Below are positions 26,497-30,515 of a DNA stretch of 30,515 nucleotides, in pieces. The first letter of the stretch is position 1, and each line of letters begins with the position of its first letter. Source of the stretch: a virus (lineage: Duplodnaviria > Caudoviricetes); the IMG/VR virus record IMGVR_UViG_3300020381_001145, positions 1-30,515 of that record. The stretch is one strand, 5' to 3'. The notes beneath the pieces are model-generated. The model was not told the origin of the DNA and did no database searches. It saw only the letters and a program-made list of their open reading frames with translations. The position numbers and the translations under genes were made by a program.

Positions 26497-27169
26497 CAAA
26501 CTGTTCCTTTAGCCAGTCAAAATCGTTGATTAACCCCAGATTAGCCCCGCTAGAAACGCCAAACTCCATACCAGCGGTAGCGCCTGCCAAAGCGTATTTG
26601 CCATATAATCTATCGTGTCCCACGGTTGTCCAAGTCTTGAGTCTTTCATTTGTTTCCTCCTCTTTTTGTCTGTCTATAGTTTTACTTGATAATTTTGCAC
26701 ATTCTCTAAAAGCACTTTTCCATGTGTTAAAAGGATCGGTGTTGAATGCTGTGATATTTGATATTTCATTTATTACTTTAAAATTTTTTGAAATACTTGT
26801 AGTCATATCATTTGTGCTGGTGTTCATATTTTGTGCTAGCCATGTTGGGAATAATTTTACACCTCCATAGCCGTATATTAAATCATTGATAGGATTCATA
26901 CATCGATAAACATGTACTGTATCCTTATCTTCAGTTTTGTAATCGAAATTAAAATCATCTACAATTACTGCATCTCCGTCTACAACAAAAAAATAATCTG
27001 TATTTGCTATAGTTGCCGCTTTCTTATGAGCATTGTGTATTCCTTTAATATTTTTTACCCTTCTAATTCTTTCACCAAATAGTCCTACACTATTAAATCT
27101 TTCGTAAAGATTTATAAAATTTTCTTCAGCGTTAGGTTCATTATAACTTATAAAAATTATATCATACAT
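26480..27169 (-). CDS. Putative GT-A-fold glycosyltransferase
   Basis: DIIFISYNEP, GIHNAH, FFVVDGD (DxD), GYGGVKLF, WKSAFRECAKL. Confidence 0.65.
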   Translation of the reverse strand: MYDIIFISYNEPNAEENFINLYERFNSVGLFGERIRRVKNIKGIHNAHKKAATIANTDYFFVVDGDAVIVDDFNFDYKTEDKDTVHVYRCMNPINDLIYGYGGVKLFPTWLAQNMNTSTNDMTTSISKNFKVINEISNITAFNTDPFNTWKSAFRECAKLSSKTIDRQKEEETNERLKTWTTVGHDRLYGKYALAGATAGMEFGVSSGANLGLINDFDWLKEQFDAQDI

Positions 27170-28530
27170 GCTTTACAATCCTCATAAAATTTATTCATTT
27201 CAGGAAAAGTTTTTAAAAAATCAGTACCACGCCTTTTATCATATTGTTGAATCCATTCATAAAACATACGTCTACCTTCTATAGCTTCTTTTTCAAACTC
27301 TTCTGGTTTGTCTTGTCTAACATCTAAGTCTTGAACTATTCTTATCATTTTTTGTGTTTCTCTATCATCAAATTTATTTTTTTTCATAAAAGTTATGCAA
27401 GGATAAAGATATTTTTCAACTAAATCATGTGTGGCAATTTTTGCATCCAAAAATCCAGGACTTCTTACATACGGTATATCTACAAGTATTCTTTGGTAGT
27501 GTGTTTTATTATCCAAATAAATGTCTTTAAGATCAGAAACGTATTTCAAAAACTTATAAAAACTTGGTATACTTAGGACGTTAAATGCACTCATAAAACT
27601 ACAGTTACCTTTAGTAGTCTTTAAAAAGTATTCAACATTGCTTGTAAACATTTTCCAATCCATACCAAATCTATTATATTCTGCTTGAGCTCCTATGCTT
27701 TCAGCACTTACAAAAAGTACAAATTTACTGATACATTTTTTATCTTCTAATATCTTTACCTTGTCAACAAACTGTTTCCATTTATCCCCTGGTGGACATG
27801 CGTTACTGTTAATTGATAATTCTAACTTAGGTTGAGGATTATTCAATAAGTGATCCATTACCTTCATAGTGTGTTTGCTCATTAAAGGTTCACCGCCTGT
27901 AATTCTAAAAGTGTGCATGTGTTTCACTGCTTCAGGAAACCATTTCCAAAAAGCTTCTATGTAAGGATTGTGTTCACGATTAGGTATTTGTTTTTGGTAC
28001 TGATCAGGTTCATTATATCTCCAATTAATTAAACTAAACATATACGGTCCATGTTCACTTATTTCGTCAGTCCATTTACTGCTGAAAGCAGGACCACAGT
28101 ATCCGCATTTAAAATTACATACATTACTAAAACTAACCTCTACATATCTTGGATATACATCTTCGTCTCCGGTCATTTTTGATATCTTATCAAAATCCGG
28201 CCAACTAAAAGGATCTCTACTTTTCCAAGTTCTATCACTATGCATACCAGTATTATCTTCGATACGCCAACAGTAATCACATTCTCCTGGACGTTCTCCT
28301 CGGAGCATTTGTTTTCTTACATTCTTTTTAAATCCTGTGTTATGTAATGCTCCTGGATTTGTAGCAAGATCGTTTAAATCTATAGGGTGTGCCTTAGGAT
28401 GATGACAACTATGTGTAAGTCCTGATCCAAGATGCATAGTAACCTGTGTCCATTTAGCTAGGCAAAAGCCACAGCCAACAGAATTTAACTTCTCTAAAAC
28501 ATGTTCAGGTTCTTGCCATTCAAATGTCAT
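27157..28530 (-). CDS. N-terminal-twitch radical SAM protein, class A
   Basis: FCLAKW, HSCHH, CDYCW, CNFKCGYCGPAFSSKW, TGGEP, NSN, YDKRRGTDFLKTFPE. Confidence 0.93.
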   Translation of the reverse strand: MTFEWQEPEHVLEKLNSVGCGFCLAKWTQVTMHLGSGLTHSCHHPKAHPIDLNDLATNPGALHNTGFKKNVRKQMLRGERPGECDYCWRIEDNTGMHSDRTWKSRDPFSWPDFDKISKMTGDEDVYPRYVEVSFSNVCNFKCGYCGPAFSSKWTDEISEHGPYMFSLINWRYNEPDQYQKQIPNREHNPYIEAFWKWFPEAVKHMHTFRITGGEPLMSKHTMKVMDHLLNNPQPKLELSINSNACPPGDKWKQFVDKVKILEDKKCISKFVLFVSAESIGAQAEYNRFGMDWKMFTSNVEYFLKTTKGNCSFMSAFNVLSIPSFYKFLKYVSDLKDIYLDNKTHYQRILVDIPYVRSPGFLDAKIATHDLVEKYLYPCITFMKKNKFDDRETQKMIRIVQDLDVRQDKPEEFEKEAIEGRRMFYEWIQQYDKRRGTDFLKTFPEMNKFYEDCKACMI

Positions 28531-28531
28531 T

Positions 28532-29452
28532 CTATTCTACGTCAATCACAAATTGTTGATTGCTACTCCTTGCGGGGTTTTGATATACAGTTTTAAAAAA
28601 TGCACTCTGTTCTTCATTAAGAGGTTGCACGGCAATAGGTATTCCTAATTTATCTACCAAATCACTTCCATAATTAAATATTTCTGTGTGTAATACATCT
28701 TCTGGCATTTGATCTCTATCTGCCCAAAGTTCATTTAAATGATCAAAATCTCTTACATTGACATAATCCCAGTCGGTCAACATCGTCATTACTAATCCTT
28801 CTCTGGCTCCTGCAATAGCCCAGTATCCATTCTTTACATCTGATCCTACCATTAACCAGATCCATAACCTATGTAGGTTTTTCCAATGTCCGTTTAAAAA
28901 CTCTTCATGTGATGGTTTAACTCCTCTATCTAGAGCCATCTTTACGCCTTCTCTAAAACCAGCTCTCCAGGCTTGATGTGGTGTTTCGTTATTATGTACA
29001 TCACTATAACAACTATTCTGTTGAATATATTGTATGTCCCAACAAAAATCAACCTGTGCATGTGGATTATCAGCATCTGCATTTTCGTGAGTTTTCATAT
29101 TTAAAACAAATTCTTTAGGCCAACATTTTAGTCCACCATTACCATACAATAAACCATTAATACTATTTCTTCCGCACCAACTAATTACACTACTTGTAAG
29201 ATCTGTATGCTCATCAAAATCAAGAACTTGATTAATAAAATCTTGTCTTATAGTATTGTCACCATCAACAGTCACAAATCTATCTGTTTCGCTTAATTCT
29301 GCACATGCTTTGTGTGCCGCATCTGAGCCTTTCACACCATGCACTCTTTTAGCCCAAGGAACTTTTGTTAATAAATCTGCATAATTTTTTTCTGCATTGG
29401 GTTCATCATAACTAAGATATATAATATCAATTTCTGCAATTTTTACCTTCAT
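28532..29452 (-). CDS. Putative GT-A-fold glycosyltransferase (paralog of 26480-27169)
   Basis: DIIYLSYDEP, GSDAAH, FVTVDGD, YGNGGLKCW, WRAGFREGVKM. Start moved to ATG 29452 (ATGA overlap); the track gives 29473. Confidence 0.65.
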   Translation of the reverse strand: MKVKIAEIDIIYLSYDEPNAEKNYADLLTKVPWAKRVHGVKGSDAAHKACAELSETDRFVTVDGDNTIRQDFINQVLDFDEHTDLTSSVISWCGRNSINGLLYGNGGLKCWPKEFVLNMKTHENADADNPHAQVDFCWDIQYIQQNSCYSDVHNNETPHQAWRAGFREGVKMALDRGVKPSHEEFLNGHWKNLHRLWIWLMVGSDVKNGYWAIAGAREGLVMTMLTDWDYVNVRDFDHLNELWADRDQMPEDVLHTEIFNYGSDLVDKLGIPIAVQPLNEEQSAFFKTVYQNPARSSNQQFVIDVE

Positions 29453-29991
29453 TTTGTTTCTCCATATACACAACTTGCTAGATCAACTGTTGTATAGATA
29501 TCGTAGCTATTGTGTATGCTTATAGATTTTTTTGTTTTTTCAGTAAGATCAAAACTTACCATATCATACAAAATATGAGGATCATCTTTTTTGGTAAAAC
29601 TAAAAGTGATCTTCTTGTTTACATCAATATGTGTTTTTTTCATAACATCAATTAGTTCGTCGCTAGTATTAATATAACATGTTTTGTCTTTCTTGTCAAT
29701 GTTTAATAGTATATCATAATCTATTTTACTAGACACTTTTGGTAATTTCTGATACTGAGAAGTTTCTTCAAGTACTGTTACTTTTTTTAATTTATATTCC
29801 TTACTTTTCCTATTATATACAATCAAATAATCTGACATCTTTTCTTTTAATGTTTTTATAGGTTCTACTTCTTTGTCTGACACTTCTATATAACTATCTC
29901 CTTCATTGTGCGATGGACCTATGCTTAATATTTGTCCTGTCTTTTGATCAAAAGTAACATACTGTTTTATATCTACTTTGTAGTGCTTCAT
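29449..29991 (-). CDS. Hypothetical protein
   Basis: 180-aa ORF, ATGA-coupled on both sides; no motif recognised. Confidence 0.7.
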   Translation of the reverse strand: MKHYKVDIKQYVTFDQKTGQILSIGPSHNEGDSYIEVSDKEVEPIKTLKEKMSDYLIVYNRKSKEYKLKKVTVLEETSQYQKLPKVSSKIDYDILLNIDKKDKTCYINTSDELIDVMKKTHIDVNKKITFSFTKKDDPHILYDMVSFDLTEKTKKSISIHNSYDIYTTVDLASCVYGETK

Positions 29992-30515
29992 AATACTTTG
30001 CTTTCATATTTTTTTATCACATTTTTACAAAACTTATTTTCTGTGTAATGAAAAATTCCTTGTTGAAGGAAATTTCCTACTTTTAATTCTAAATCATCTG
30101 TAATATAATAAGGAATAGAATCTGTCCAATTTAATCCTATATTACTTACATTTTGTGCTTTACTTTTCATATGAGTAAAGTTTATAAAATTATTTGTAAT
30201 ATTATTTAAATTTACGTGTAAAGATGTAATTGCATGATTTATATCCATACTAGACAATATAAATGTTTCTCCTTTGGCATTGGTTACTTTAGGTTTTGAT
30301 TTTTTTACAAATTTATTATAGTAATCTATATGATTATGACATACATTTTCTAATTGTTTGTAATAATTAAGTGCTATGTCGTTTTGTTTAAAATAATGTA
30401 TACCACAATACAAATTAGGTAATTTATTTTCAACAAATACTTTTCTATAAAAATCACTTGTAACTTCTTGATTTCTATAAGTAAAAACTTTACTTGTCAA
30501 AAATACATCATATCT
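29988..30515 (-). CDS. Partial (5'-truncated) putative glycosyltransferase-like protein
   Basis: Frame is open to the window edge (RYDVFLTSK...). LYCGIHYFK, SMD, FTHMK and FHYTE resemble the C-terminal half of GT8-like folds; any DxD region would lie outside the window. Confidence 0.4.
   Translation of the reverse strand, partial: RYDVFLTSKVFTYRNQEVTSDFYRKVFVENKLPNLYCGIHYFKQNDIALNYYKQLENVCHNHIDYYNKFVKKSKPKVTNAKGETFILSSMDINHAITSLHVNLNNITNNFINFTHMKSKAQNVSNIGLNWTDSIPYYITDDLELKVGNFLQQGIFHYTENKFCKNVIKKYESKVL

Noticed and set aside
357-26870. Many 60-186 aa ORFs in the track (e.g. 14446-14853 +, 22508-22999 -, 25952-26512 +, 26526-26870 +)
   Set aside because: They lie antisense to or out of frame within motif-supported genes and show no recognisable motifs; treated as shadow ORFs.
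1-30515. CRISPR arrays, tRNA/rRNA, IS/integrase, introns/inteins, long DNA repeats
   Set aside because: None seen by eye; there is almost no intergenic space, and paralog similarity is evident only at protein level.
1-30515. Stop-codon reassignment (as in some large phages)
   Set aside because: Genes tile the window under the standard code, and TAA, TAG and TGA all end genes at coupled junctions.

Overview
AT-rich, almost fully coding window (genes abut or overlap by a few bp), most consistent with a large T4-like or jumbo bacteriophage genome. Support: the 3' end of a virion/tail-fibre-type gene at 1-164 and TATAAATA/ATAAATA late-promoter-like boxes at both divergent junctions. No capsid, terminase or polymerase gene lies in the window, so viral origin is inferred. 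Nearly the whole window is one enzyme island resembling a biosynthetic cluster. It has 13 radical SAM genes carrying 14 CxxxCxxC domains in three paralog classes, including a tandem double-rSAM fusion and a split rSAM/twitch pair. It also encodes three nitroreductase-fold flavoproteins, five putative Fe(II)/2OG-type dioxygenases, a flavin-dependent halogenase, a fold-IV aminotransferase with (R)-amine-transaminase-like motifs, a minimal adenylation domain, a GMP reductase, a GNAT-like protein, a mini-kinase, a methyltransferase and 2-3 glycosyltransferase-like proteins. Three minus-strand runs (30515-23831, 22527-11301, 9124-161) are interrupted by two plus-strand cassettes (9202-11414, 22557-23843). 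The best candidate for an undescribed system is a late-expressed, phage-encoded radical-SAM/glycosyltransferase tailoring pathway. Its substrate (virion protein or glycan, DNA, host surface, or small molecule) cannot be determined from sequence alone. All family assignments are by-eye motif recognition; no searches were run.
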